DNA of 64,000 nt, taken from positions 288,001 through 352,000 of the forward strand of contig CAWEXO010000013.1 in NCBI GenBank assembly GCA_963813025.1. Reading direction: 5' to 3'. The notes under the pieces are model-generated. The model was given only the letters and a program-made list of their open reading frames with translations, did not search any database and had not been told where the DNA came from. This DNA is from an uncultured Verrucomicrobiae bacterium. GTDB lineage: Bacteria; Verrucomicrobiota; Verrucomicrobiia; Chthoniobacterales; JAFAMB01. Shown here one piece after another: positions 21,066 to 31,649 of this stretch; positions within the stretch are counted from its first letter, which is position 1, and each line of letters starts with the position of its first letter. The translations under genes and the position numbers were made by a program.

Positions 21066-21330
21066 TATCCGTATATTCGATCTTTCGCAAGAAACCCGCC
21101 AGCGATCGCGCCAATGAAGCCAAGGGCCGCTGCAGTAATCCAGCCGCGGTGCAAGTCAGTCCAAAGCTGCGGCGCTCGACTCCTCGCCGAGTCCCTTCCA
21201 AACCAGCTAGCCCACGCCCGATGAGGCCCAGCACCAGCCGCGCCGATAACCATGATCCCGTATCCACGGCAACATACCGAACCGCCCATTTCTGATCATC
21301 AAAATAAAAGCCCTTCACGGCACCGCCACC
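21065..21330 (-). pseudogene. Fused remnants: PRC-barrel protein fragment plus an SDR C-terminal tail
   Basis: VKGFYFDDQKWAVRYVAVDTGSWL (PRC-barrel-like) abuts FGRDSARSRAPQLWTDLHR (SDR tail-like). Confidence 0.55.
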
Positions 21331-21372
21331 GTAATGGAGCGATGAGTTTCCGGAACTCAATCTTAAAATTGG

Positions 21373-21852
21373 TCATCGCCACTTTATCATCACGATCGAA
21401 GCCTTTCCGAAAAACAGCGGCACTGAAACGGAAGTGCCGGTGGTGGTTGCATAGCCGGTGCCAGTGAAGGTATTTCCAATATAGAAGCCGGAGACGTTCG
21501 CAGAGGTGGCAGAATTAGCCGTACCGACAGTGCCCGCATATTCGGTCCCTTGCTGCAACACGATGATCGCATCCGCGCCCAATTCTTTGGCCCTCCGAGC
21601 GGCGAATTCGATGACCCCTCTCCGACGGATAGGTGCAGTAGTCGCATCGAGATAACCGACTACATTGTATGGCCGGTTTGGATAGCCCAGATAGGTAGGC
21701 ACAGCGTAGTTTGTCTTAACAAACGCTCCTGGAGCAGTGGGCCAGTTTTGTTGTTGGCCTTGATAGGGCGTAAAGTCTGCGATCGCGCACCCCGCCAAAA
21801 GTAGTGCCGTAAGCAAAAGTAATGCCGAAGGTCTCCGGAAACCCTGAAACAC
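21373..21852 (-). CDS. Hypothetical lipoprotein
   Basis: Hydrophobic leader with LAGC lipobox; RPYNVVG...ARRAKELGADAII segment. Confidence 0.7.
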   Translation of the reverse strand: MFQGFRRPSALLLLTALLLAGCAIADFTPYQGQQQNWPTAPGAFVKTNYAVPTYLGYPNRPYNVVGYLDATTAPIRRRGVIEFAARRAKELGADAIIVLQQGTEYAGTVGTANSATSANVSGFYIGNTFTGTGYATTTGTSVSVPLFFGKASIVMIKWR

Positions 21853-22050
21853 TGCTTCGCCTGCGCGAAGCCGCCGGTTCGGAGATCGGGGCGAACTTTG
21901 ATCCGTCTCACTTGATTTGGCAGGGTGTGGACCCGGCAGCTGCGGTCCGAGCGCTGCAAGGCGCGATCTGGCACGTGCACGCCAAGGATACCAGCGTCCA
22001 GCCTTGGAACGCTCGAAAAAATGGGGTGCTCGACACTAAACATTACCGGG
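21838..22050 (+). pseudogene. Sugar phosphate isomerase/epimerase (xylose-isomerase-like TIM barrel) fragment
   Basis: NPETLLRLREAAG..IGANFDPSHLIWQG.DP...HVHAKD; both ends missing. Confidence 0.75.
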
Positions 22051-22357
22051 ACTCCTGCACTGGGTATAGGCAGAGGACGATGATGAAAACCATGGCCACT
22101 AAGATTTGTTGGACTGCAGCCAAAATTCGCTTATAAGAATCTCTAGTATCGTTTTATCGATCACTCCCCCCCAGGTAAGTCGTTCCAAAGGCTTCCAGAT
22201 AAAAAATCTACCCCAAAATAATCATCCATGAAAAGGTTCTGCGGTCTGCAAGATGTTTTAACTAACTTGATCTTTATTCGAGGCGCATGCTCGCCTTCGC
22301 CTACCAACTTGGTTGCGTCCACTAGAGGATAGTCCCTTAGAAAAAAATAGGTTACAA

Positions 22358-23440
22358 ATGCACAAAGACATGCAAGACCAGGAAGAAGCAGCGCAGGAGA
22401 TAAGCATCGCAATCAGTCGGCGCAAGGCATTCGCGATGGCAACAAAGCTTGGCTTGGGGGGTGCGGCGTTTGCTGGCTGGCTCGGCACAGGCTTCGCGGC
22501 TAGTCCACCGGCAGCGGCCGGAGGCCTGCCCAAAAAGAACTATAAATTTGTTTTTGTTAATCATGTAACCACCAACGAGTTCTTTGCGCCGACGATATAT
22601 GGTATTCAGGATGCTTGCGCCTTCTATGGGTGCAGTTATCAATGGACCGGCTCGCAGAACAGCGTCGTCTCTGAGATGGTCAATGCTATGCAAACTGCTA
22701 TCGCCGGAAAGGCAGACGGAATCGCCGTGTGCCTTATCGACGCCACGGCGTTTGACGCTCCGACGGCCAAGGCTCTGGACGCGGGTATTCCGGTGATTGG
22801 CTACAACGCAGACGTGCCGGCCGGCAGTCCCAACAAGCGTCTGTGCTATGTGGGGCAACCTCTTTATCAGTCCGGGTATAATATCGCCACCAAATGGCTG
22901 AAACTGGTGCCTAAGGGCAGCCACGTCATGCTTTCCATACCCAGTCCGGGCACGCTTAACCTGCAGCCGCGCCTTGACGGCTACATTCAGGCCATCAAGG
23001 ACCACGGCAACCCCGTAACTTACGATGTCGTCAATAGCGGCGTAGACCAGGCCACGGAGTTATCGCGGATTGAGAGTTATTACCTCAGCCATAAGGATGT
23101 GGCTGGTCTGTTTGGCACCGGTGGTGGAGACACCTACGCCTGCGGCTTCGTGTCCGCCAAGTACGGCTTGGCGAAAAAAAACGTGATCGTTGCGGGCTAT
23201 GATCTGTACCCCCAAACCTTGGGCTATATCAACACCGGCGATATGACGTTTACCACCGATCAGCAGCCCTACCTGCAAGGCTTCGTGCCTCTGCAGCAAA
23301 TGTATCTGTACAAGCTTTCGGGCGAGGCCGTCGCCCCGGCAGATACAAATACAAGCCTTGCCTACGTCACCAAGGACAACGTCCATCTTTATCTTGGTAA
23401 GAGCCGCTTTGAGGGCAGCACCAGCGCCGAGCCGACGTAA
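22358..23440 (+). CDS. Sugar ABC substrate-binding protein with a Tat-like leader
   Basis: SRRKAF leader; VNHVTTNEFF, DAGIPVIGYN, DQQPYLQGF. Confidence 0.9.
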   Translation: MHKDMQDQEEAAQEISIAISRRKAFAMATKLGLGGAAFAGWLGTGFAASPPAAAGGLPKKNYKFVFVNHVTTNEFFAPTIYGIQDACAFYGCSYQWTGSQNSVVSEMVNAMQTAIAGKADGIAVCLIDATAFDAPTAKALDAGIPVIGYNADVPAGSPNKRLCYVGQPLYQSGYNIATKWLKLVPKGSHVMLSIPSPGTLNLQPRLDGYIQAIKDHGNPVTYDVVNSGVDQATELSRIESYYLSHKDVAGLFGTGGGDTYACGFVSAKYGLAKKNVIVAGYDLYPQTLGYINTGDMTFTTDQQPYLQGFVPLQQMYLYKLSGEAVAPADTNTSLAYVTKDNVHLYLGKSRFEGSTSAEPT

Positions 23441-23578
23441 GAAATTGTCGAGTCAGGCGGCCATTTGCGTCACCATTCATACCAATGCAAGCACGTCGGG
23501 CTGAAGGCAGGCCGATCCGCGCGCGGTATTCTGAAGTCGATGACGGGTCACCGACGAGCATTATAGCATGATGAACAT

Positions 23579-24655
23579 ATGCCGCGGACGACCCAGACCG
23601 CCCAGAAAACGACGGACAAGGTTGGATTAAAAGTACCCGACACAGCATTGGAGAGAGCACTGGCTATTTTATCCCGCTACCGGGAGGCCAGCATTGCCGT
23701 CGTTGCGATTATACTGGCGATCTACTTCCAGTTGGCCAGCAACGGGGCGTTCCTATCTTCCCAGGAGCTGAGCGTTGTTCTCCGCGACACCGGTCGTTTT
23801 GGATTGATTGCCGTGGCTGAAGTCATGCTCATGATCACTGGCGAGATCGACCTTTCCGTCGGAAGCACCTTCTCTCTCGCTGCTTATGTGATGGTTCTGA
23901 TGTCCATAGGTTGGGGCGTTCCAATAGCCGTCAGTGCCGTGGCCGGTGTCCTGCTCGGGCTCCTGATAGGAGTGGTCAACGGCGTCATCACCGTCAGATT
24001 CCGCGTGCCCTCCCTGATCACCACGGTCGGCACGTTTTTCCTGCTGCAAGGTGTCGTTGTGTCGATCTACAACAGCCAACCTATCGTGGCGCCCGTGCAA
24101 GAACCCTTCAACGAAATCTTCGGCGAGAATCTGTACGGTCCGAACGATTCCATCTGGTCCTGGCATGGCTTGACGGCATTCACGCCTTTCCTTTGGACGG
24201 TCTTGGTTGTCGCGGCGATGGCAGTGGTATTGAACAGAACCACCTTCGGTCTGCACACCATTGCCACCGGCAGTAACATTGTCGGAGCACGAGAGATCGG
24301 TGTGCGCACTGGCAGGATCAAAGTGTATAATTTCATGATCGCCGGGGCATTCGCTGCCGCTGCTGGAATTATCAACACCACTCAGTTTTCCTCCGCCGAC
24401 CCACTCGCCGGCGGTCCCTTTCTTACTCTTCAGGCCATTGCGGCAGCAGTGATCGGAGGCACCTCGCTGCTTGGCGGGTCTGGGACCGCCATCGGCGCAT
24501 TGCTCGGTGCGTTCGTGGTGGCCACTCTCAACAACGGTCTTGTCATGATCGGCGCCCAGGCAACCGTGTCCGATATTTACTTGGGAGCCGCGATCATTCT
24601 GGCTATGATCCTCAACGTGCAGGTTGACCGCGTACGCGCGCGCAGACGCATATGA
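23579..24655 (+). CDS. Sugar ABC permease (RbsC-like)
   Basis: GEIDLSVGS and IAAAVIGGTSLLGGSG; multiple TM segments. Confidence 0.92.
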   Translation: MPRTTQTAQKTTDKVGLKVPDTALERALAILSRYREASIAVVAIILAIYFQLASNGAFLSSQELSVVLRDTGRFGLIAVAEVMLMITGEIDLSVGSTFSLAAYVMVLMSIGWGVPIAVSAVAGVLLGLLIGVVNGVITVRFRVPSLITTVGTFFLLQGVVVSIYNSQPIVAPVQEPFNEIFGENLYGPNDSIWSWHGLTAFTPFLWTVLVVAAMAVVLNRTTFGLHTIATGSNIVGAREIGVRTGRIKVYNFMIAGAFAAAAGIINTTQFSSADPLAGGPFLTLQAIAAAVIGGTSLLGGSGTAIGALLGAFVVATLNNGLVMIGAQATVSDIYLGAAIILAMILNVQVDRVRARRRI

Positions 24656-25497
24656 AGCAGAACGAGATTGCCGCGATCAACCCGAACGCTCCCGTCATTC
24701 TTGAAATGAGCCACATCAGCAAGACCTTCGGGGCCGTGACGGCACTTGTCGATGTGAGCATCAAGCTCCGTCAAGGAGAAGTACTAGCTCTGGTTGGCGA
24801 CAACGGCGCGGGCAAGTCCACCCTGATCAAAATCCTGTCCGGGTTTCACCGTCCTGACAGCGGCACCATTGTCTACCAAGGCAAAGAGGTACACTTTGGC
24901 TCCCCTCGCGAAGCGCGCGCCCTGGGCATCGAGACGGTCTATCAGGACCTCGCCCTAATTAATGACCTCAGCGTCTACCACAACATGTTCGTGGGCCGCG
25001 AGTACCACAAGCACATCCTGGGGTTGAAACTCTTGGACAATAAGAAAATGCGCGGTCTTGCCCGGACCTATCTCGATACGCTGGGGATCGAAGTTCCCAG
25101 CGTGAGCAGCACAGTCGACCTTCTGTCTGGAGGGCAGCGTCAGTCGGTCGCCGTTGCTCGATCAATTTACTCGTCGCCAACCATCTTGGTCCTGGATGAG
25201 CCACTGGCCGCTCTCGGCGTGCGGGAGGGTGCCCACGTTCTGGGCCTGATCCAGAATCTCCGTCGACAGCGCAGCGTTTCGATCATTCTGATCGTGCACA
25301 ACTATAACCAGGTCTTTGAAGTATGCGATCGTATTAACTTCCTGCACTCCGGCGGAATCGTGCTCGACGCCTCCACGTCCGAGACAAGCGAGGAAGAACT
25401 GATCCGCATTGTTAAGTCGGGCCTTGGCCGCCAAGCCATCGCCGCCGCGGCCGCCGAAGTTGGGATTAACCTCACCGCGCAATCGGGCGGGGAATGA
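24652..25497 (+). CDS. Sugar ABC ATP-binding protein (single NBD)
   Basis: GDNGAGKST, LSGGQRQ, LDEP. Confidence 0.93.
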   Translation: MKQNEIAAINPNAPVILEMSHISKTFGAVTALVDVSIKLRQGEVLALVGDNGAGKSTLIKILSGFHRPDSGTIVYQGKEVHFGSPREARALGIETVYQDLALINDLSVYHNMFVGREYHKHILGLKLLDNKKMRGLARTYLDTLGIEVPSVSSTVDLLSGGQRQSVAVARSIYSSPTILVLDEPLAALGVREGAHVLGLIQNLRRQRSVSIILIVHNYNQVFEVCDRINFLHSGGIVLDASTSETSEEELIRIVKSGLGRQAIAAAAAEVGINLTAQSGGE

Positions 25498-25530
25498 AAT
25501 CAGTTTTCCCGGCCTTCCTGAACATAGATC

Positions 25531-25700
25531 ATGAGAGGCTTGTTAATTTTCGCAGAGAACCGCACCTCGGTGGAATTGCGCGAGTATCCATTTCCAGAGA
25601 TTGATGAAGGAGATGTGCTGGCCTCGATCAAATTGGTTGGCGTCTGCGGCAGTGATCTTCGTCAGTATGGCGGCAATGGCTGGTCGGTGAATTATTCGGT
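25531..25700 (+). pseudogene. Zn-binding dehydrogenase N-terminal fragment
   Basis: VELREYPFPEI...VGVCGSDL, after which similarity is lost. Confidence 0.65.
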
Positions 25701-25782
25701 CGGCGCGAATGGCATCGAGGAGCTGAGGGAATCTGTTCAAGGCGAGGATCGAAAGGCGTTTCGTCAGCTGAGATAATTTGTC

Positions 25783-26563
25783 ATGGATCCCGACTATCCT
25801 GAATCTAAGGGTAAGCGAACCCTTATCACCGGCGGCACGCAAGGCATCGGCAAAGCGATCGCCAAGCGGTTGGCGCGGCAGGGTGCCGTGGTTTATCTGA
25901 ATTACGCTCGAAACGAAAAGGCTGCCCGCGAGACCCTCGACGAATTCCGCGAGGCTGGTTACACCCTCCGAATTGTGCCAAGCCGATTTGGGCGCGCCCG
26001 ACGCGGTGGAGGCCATGCTTGGGGAAATTCACCGGAACGGCCCACTCGACCTCGTCGTGTTCAACGCGGGCTATCAGGAAAAGAAGGGATTTTTTGAGAC
26101 GGATATCGCATTGATCCAGAGGACGCTTGACGTCAATATCCTGGCCAATTTTCAGATCGTCCAGAAAGTCGCCTGCAAGATGACTGCAGCCGGGCGCCAA
26201 GGGCGGATGGTGATGTGCTCCTTGGGTCATGGAACAATGGCTTTCAAGGGCACTTTCGCCTACGATGTCTCCAAAGCCGCGCTAAACCATTTTATGCGGT
26301 GCGCAGCTCTGGAATTGATAGAACATGGAATCCGTCTTAATGCCGTCGACATTGGCTGGACTCACACTCCAGGCGAGCGGCGCTGGTTTTCGAAGGAGGA
26401 GCAAGACCGGCTCGCCCGCTCGATCCCGATCGGTCGCGCCGCCCAAGCCGACGAAATCGCGGCCATCATCGAGTTTCTTCTCTCCAATCAGGCCAGCTAT
26501 GTGGTCGGCTCCCTTTACACCGTCGACGGCGGGTTTGTCCTGCGCCCCAATCCATCAACCTAG
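25783..26563 (+). pseudogene. SDR family oxidoreductase with one frameshift near 25965
   Basis: ITGGTQGIG in the first frame; NAG, YDVSK and PIGR...VDGG in the second. Confidence 0.85.
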
Positions 26564-26795
26564 TGCGAGGAGTCTGTGAGTCATATGGGAGTTTTACGCT
26601 AGTATCCAAGACATGAGTTTTCGCTCGAATTGGTATTGGTTTCTGGAGAGCGCAAGGAACTGGAACTTCGAGCTTGGAGCCGGTCATTGGCGGCGGAGTT
26701 AGTTAGAAAAGCGAGGTGATTGTTGTGGCAGCGCGCGGCCATTCCTATCGCGGAGATAAGAGAGGAGTTGGCTTGCATGGTTCGTTACCATTCCG

Positions 26796-27845
26796 ATGAA
26801 AATCCTCCAATTCAATGGTCCTTGGCAATTCTCAATCGAGGAGGTCCTGGAGCCTTTGTTCGGTCCCGAAGAGGTGCTCATTCACTCCGATGCAGTTGGA
26901 ATCTGCGGCAGCGATGTCCATGGCTTCACGGGGGAAAGCGGCCGGCGGAAGCCGGGCATGGTCATGGGGCATGAGGCGGCCGGCACTGTGGTCAAAGCGG
27001 GTGCCAGGGTTGTGTCGCTTCGCCGCGGAGACCGCGTCGCCGTCTTTCCTACTCTGGGATGCGGAGTTTGCCGTCACTGCTTGGCTGGGATGGAGCATAT
27101 CTGTCCCGACAAACGAATTCTCGGAGTCAATGCCGGGCGCTGGGGCGCAATGGCCGAGTTTTTCACCTGTCACCAGCGACAAGCCTTTCGACTCGATCCG
27201 CAAGTGGATCCTGCGATCGGCCTCTTTGCCGAGCCGCTCGCAGTCGCTCTTCACGCTATTAACCTGATGAAGCCGGCCGAGGGCGCAATCCTGGCGATTG
27301 TTGGAGCAGGGACGATCGGCCTGGCCTTGGCGGTCGTACTACTGGATCTCGGCTTCGAATCGATCTTCGTTATCGAGGAAGTCGAAGAAAAGTTGCAACT
27401 GGCCCGGAGTTTTGGCGCGAAGGCTGTCGATGCCCATCATGGTCATCCGTCTGGGGTGATTGCCGAACAGACCGGCGGTCGGAAGGCTATCGGTGTTTTC
27501 GAAGCGGTAGGAGCGGCAGCCACAGTGCGGACGGCGTACGATCTTTGCGACTTCGGCGGCACGATGGTGCTCATCGGGAATCTGGCCAAAGAGTTCTCGC
27601 TTCCCCTACAAGGGATGACCTCGAACGAAATAACCCTTCGCGGGTCGTATGGATTCAACCGGGCTGAGTTTGAACAGGGGGTTCATCTCGCCTCAAAGAA
27701 GGAGACGTTGCTGCGTCGTTTCATCAGCGGGTCGTGCTCGCTCGAGGAAACGCCGGGCGTCATGGAGCGCCTTGCTCGAGGGGAACTCAACGCCGTAAAA
27801 ATGGTAATTCGTTGGGCCGACCATGGAAAACCATTCCCAAGATAG
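26796..27845 (+). CDS. Zn-dependent (sugar/polyol) dehydrogenase
   Basis: GICGSD, GHE, CxxCxxC...C structural Zn site, GAGTIG. Confidence 0.92.
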   Translation: MKILQFNGPWQFSIEEVLEPLFGPEEVLIHSDAVGICGSDVHGFTGESGRRKPGMVMGHEAAGTVVKAGARVVSLRRGDRVAVFPTLGCGVCRHCLAGMEHICPDKRILGVNAGRWGAMAEFFTCHQRQAFRLDPQVDPAIGLFAEPLAVALHAINLMKPAEGAILAIVGAGTIGLALAVVLLDLGFESIFVIEEVEEKLQLARSFGAKAVDAHHGHPSGVIAEQTGGRKAIGVFEAVGAAATVRTAYDLCDFGGTMVLIGNLAKEFSLPLQGMTSNEITLRGSYGFNRAEFEQGVHLASKKETLLRRFISGSCSLEETPGVMERLARGELNAVKMVIRWADHGKPFPR

Positions 27846-28063
27846 CTATTGGCCGTATCCGAAGTTTGCTAAGAAGCAGGATGTGTGAGGTGCGATCGTT
27901 TCGCAATTCGATTCGCCCTGTTATCGACTATGATCGGTCAAATGCAATTCTCGCCGGGGAAGATCGCCCGCAATTGCGGACCGACTCAAGTCACAAGATA
28001 GATGCATCCCAGCGACAGCTATCTCAGCTCTAATGGAGAGATTTGATCGCGAATTGAGGATGC

Positions 28064-29044
28064 TCATGCATTCCTCCTGCGCCGGGTATAGGCAAGGACG
28101 ATGATGAAAACCAGGCTGCCGTACACAATCTGGCGGACGGACTCTGTGGTCCTCAGCGCGACAAGGATGCTGGACAGTGTAGTCAGTAGGATGCACCCGA
28201 TTGCGGTGGCCACGTAGCTGCCTGAACCGCCTGCCAGAGAGATTCCCCCGATTGCCACAGCCGCAATGGAAGTCATGACGTAGGGGGCTCCGAGGTTGAG
28301 GTATGGGGTGCCGGTGTACCCAAGCACAAAGAATCCGGCGAGTCCTGAAATCCCTCCGGAGATCCCGTAAACGAACATGCGGAAGCGCCTCACGTCGATA
28401 CCAGAAAGCTCTGCGGTAATGCTGTTGGCCCCGACCCCGAAGAGAACTGCGCCCCAGCGCTTTCGCAACAGGATAATCGAGGCGGTAATGATGATCGCAA
28501 CCCAGAGGAGAAGGATGTTCGGCATGTTCAGGCTCCGACCACTGCCTAGCGCTTCCAGGAGTGCAGGCGCAGAGCCTTTGGGATAGCCGCCGGTGTAGAT
28601 CAGGGAGAGACCCTCCACCACGCTTGCCATGGCGAGGGTCATGATCAGCGGGGGGATGCCGACGTACGAGATCCCGACGCCGTTGACCATCCCGATGGTG
28701 AATCCTGCCGCGATGGCTCCCAGAAGCGCGATGGGGATGTTAGCGTCTCTGCCAAGAAGGAGCGAGGAGGAGACGCAGACACTCAAGGAGACAATGGAGC
28801 CGACTGATAGATCGATCCCTTCGCCGCCGGCTATGACTACGATGGCTTGGCCGAGGGCGACGATCCCGAGGAAAACGGAGAGGCGCAGAACGCTCATGAG
28901 GTGGCCGAAGCTGAGGAATCCGGGCGAGATGATCTCCCCAAAGATGAAGAGCGTGATGATTGCGGCAACGGCGAGGGCACTCTGATTGGCGCCGAGGGAC
29001 TTGAGCGTGGCGGACAACGAGCGCGGCTGGACGTGGTTGCTCAT
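28064..29044 (-). CDS. Sugar ABC permease
   Basis: GIDLSVGS and IAAVAIGGISLAGGSG. Confidence 0.92.
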   Translation of the reverse strand: MSNHVQPRSLSATLKSLGANQSALAVAAIITLFIFGEIISPGFLSFGHLMSVLRLSVFLGIVALGQAIVVIAGGEGIDLSVGSIVSLSVCVSSSLLLGRDANIPIALLGAIAAGFTIGMVNGVGISYVGIPPLIMTLAMASVVEGLSLIYTGGYPKGSAPALLEALGSGRSLNMPNILLLWVAIIITASIILLRKRWGAVLFGVGANSITAELSGIDVRRFRMFVYGISGGISGLAGFFVLGYTGTPYLNLGAPYVMTSIAAVAIGGISLAGGSGSYVATAIGCILLTTLSSILVALRTTESVRQIVYGSLVFIIVLAYTRRRRNA

Positions 29045-29054
29045 GATACGACGT

Positions 29055-30026
29055 CTAATGGTGCGAGAGCTCGCGCCTCAGGCGCGGCACGGCGCCGAAC
29101 AAGAGCGCGACGATGATGATTACCCCTTTCATAAACTCCTGATAGAAGGAAGTGATGTTGGCGAAGTAGATGATGTTGATGAGAAGCCCCAGGATGATCC
29201 CGCCGACGATCGCCCCTACGTAGTTCCCCCGGCCTCCCGAGAAGGCGATACCGCCAATGACCGCGGCGGCTACGGAGTTCAGGGTGAATCCCTGGCCGCT
29301 GCGCGCGTCGCCGGTCGCGGTCTGGCCCACTACGCAGAGAGCGGCCAGGGCGACGAAGACCCCACTCACAAGAAAGGCAAACATTTTCGTGCCTGTGACG
29401 TTAATGCCCGAGGCGCGGGCCGCTCGCTCGTTGCCTCCCACTGCGTAGAGATGCCGGAAAGCTTTTGTGCGTCCCAGGAAAAGGCAAAACGCGACGGCCA
29501 CGAGCAGGACAATAACGGGCACAGGAAGGAACCCCGCTACAGTCTTGGAGTAGATCGTATAGTACGCCACGGGGATGTAGCCGCTGGGTGTTGGCATGAT
29601 GAGTAGCGCAATTCCAAACCACATAGTGGAGGTGGCGAATGTCGTGATAAGAGGGGGAGGCCCGAAGTACCCGATGAAGAATCCGTTGAACAGGGAGAGC
29701 AAGAGCGCGAGACCAACCCCGACCAGGATGACAACAATGATTGAGAGGATGGAGTCTTTCATCAGGGAGGCCATCACCACCGTCACGAGGGAAATACCCG
29801 CACCCAGGGAAAGGTCTACGGCGCCCACCAGGATCACCGTTGCCTGCGCAAGGCTCACCAGGATGAGCGGCGTGAAGGTCATGAAGTTCATCCGGAAGAC
29901 CTGGAATGAAAAGAACCCCGGTTGGATGATCGCGTTCACGACGACCAGGAGGAGCAGCATCAAGAAACTGGGAAACGAGGAATCTTGAACGATCTCGCGA
30001 AAGGCTCGTTGGATTTTCATGATCAC
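29055..30026 (-). CDS. Sugar ABC permease
   Basis: AVDLSLGA, YAVGGNERAA, VAAAVIGGIAFSGGRG. Confidence 0.92.
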   Translation of the reverse strand: MIMKIQRAFREIVQDSSFPSFLMLLLLVVVNAIIQPGFFSFQVFRMNFMTFTPLILVSLAQATVILVGAVDLSLGAGISLVTVVMASLMKDSILSIIVVILVGVGLALLLSLFNGFFIGYFGPPPLITTFATSTMWFGIALLIMPTPSGYIPVAYYTIYSKTVAGFLPVPVIVLLVAVAFCLFLGRTKAFRHLYAVGGNERAARASGINVTGTKMFAFLVSGVFVALAALCVVGQTATGDARSGQGFTLNSVAAAVIGGIAFSGGRGNYVGAIVGGIILGLLINIIYFANITSFYQEFMKGVIIIVALLFGAVPRLRRELSHH

Positions 30027-31582
30027 CCATCCTCCGAGTCGGCGGCCGCTGACTTTTCAGCCGAATGCTCGATGTTCAGGGACGACACAACGAGCTTTTC
30101 CTCGCTGATGTCGGCCGCGCCGATCTCCTTCACGATCCGTCCCTCGAACACGATGAGGACACGGTCGCAGTTGTTAATGAGCTCCTCGTTGTCGCTCGCG
30201 TAGAGGACGAATGACGTACCTTTCTCCGCGAGCTGTGAGACGATCGCATACAGATTCTGCCGGGTACCCACATCGACGCCCTTTGTCGGATCGTTCAAGA
30301 GGAGGACACGCGGGCTCATCGCCAGCCATTTTCCGACGACGATTTTCTGCTGGTTGCCGCCGGAGAGCTGCGACACAATGAGACGCGGATTGGGCGGCAC
30401 GAGGGAGACCGTGTTGATGGTGTCCTGCGCGAGCTTCCGATAACGGGCCATCGGGAGGAGGAAGGACCCTCGATGCATGGAGATCTTGGGATATATGATG
30501 TTCGAGAGCACGGTGTGCTCGACGAAAAGACCCTCCTTGTGCCGATCCCCTGGGATCAGGGCGATGCCATGACTGATGGCATGCCGCGTGTTGCGCAGCG
30601 AAAGTGGCTTGCCGTCCGTCCGAACCTCCCCTTTAAATCCCTTGAGATAGCCAGCGAGGATCATCAGGATCTCCTCCTGTCCCTGTCCCTGGAGGCCTCC
30701 TAGCCCGAGAACCTCGCCTCGGCGCAGAGTGAAGCTTATGTCGTGAAGCCTTCCGGCCAACGAAACGCCGCGCATTTCGAGGGCCGCCCCGCGAGCTGCT
30801 TGACTTGCTATCTCTTCCTCACGCGCGCTCGAGCGCTTTCTGACTCTTTCCGTGACCTCCTGCCCTGTAATCAGGGGGATAATAAGCTTCTCGTTCCGGG
30901 GCTGGGTTGCAAAATCGAGCTCACCCACCGTTACTCCGTTGCGGAATCCCACCAGCCGGTCGCAGATCTTCGCCACTTCCCAGATACGATGTGAGATGAA
31001 GATGATCGACACGGTGCGGCGCTTCAATTCCTCGACCGCTCGGAAGAGAGCTTCCACTTGGTGAAAATCGAGTGACGACGTCGGCTCGTCGAGAATGAGG
31101 ATCAGGGGATCCTTGGCCAGGGCTTTTCCAATCTCCACAAGCTGCTTCTCGTCCGCGGAAATGTTCTTCACACGCTCGTGCACGGAGATTTTCACCGAGA
31201 TGGTGTCCAACGACTTCTCGGCCCGCGCAATCGCGCTGCGGTTGTCCAGAAGACCGAGTGGCCCAGCCTTTTCGCGACCGAGAACGATGTTCTCCCAGAT
31301 CGTCATTTCAGGCACGAGGCTCAGGTTCTGGTGCACCATCGCCATCTGGTAACGTTCCGCATCGAGGCGGCTGCGGAGGTTCACTGGGTGTTCGTAGAGC
31401 CGCAAGTCCCCCCCGTCGGGCATCAGCAGGCCACTGACAATCCGCGCAAAGGTTGTTTTTCCCGAGCCGTTGGCTCCGACAAGACCACAGACTTCCCCAG
31501 CACGCAGGCTAAAATTGGCGTCGCTCAAAGCCTTAACGCCAGCAAACGCTTTCCGAATGTGTTTGGCTTCAAGCGCCGTCAC
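30023..31582 (-). CDS. Sugar ABC ATP-binding protein (two NBDs, RbsA-like)
   Basis: GANGSGKTT, LDEPT, LSGGNQQK, PTKGVDVG. Confidence 0.93.
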   Translation of the reverse strand: MTALEAKHIRKAFAGVKALSDANFSLRAGEVCGLVGANGSGKTTFARIVSGLLMPDGGDLRLYEHPVNLRSRLDAERYQMAMVHQNLSLVPEMTIWENIVLGREKAGPLGLLDNRSAIARAEKSLDTISVKISVHERVKNISADEKQLVEIGKALAKDPLILILDEPTSSLDFHQVEALFRAVEELKRRTVSIIFISHRIWEVAKICDRLVGFRNGVTVGELDFATQPRNEKLIIPLITGQEVTERVRKRSSAREEEIASQAARGAALEMRGVSLAGRLHDISFTLRRGEVLGLGGLQGQGQEEILMILAGYLKGFKGEVRTDGKPLSLRNTRHAISHGIALIPGDRHKEGLFVEHTVLSNIIYPKISMHRGSFLLPMARYRKLAQDTINTVSLVPPNPRLIVSQLSGGNQQKIVVGKWLAMSPRVLLLNDPTKGVDVGTRQNLYAIVSQLAEKGTSFVLYASDNEELINNCDRVLIVFEGRIVKEIGAADISEEKLVVSSLNIEHSAEKSAAADSEDG

Positions 31583-31649
31583 GTATGCGAGCGCCTTCCT
31601 TTGCTAAGGTGAAGGGGAACCTTTGTGATATGACCCGGTTCCGCTGCTC

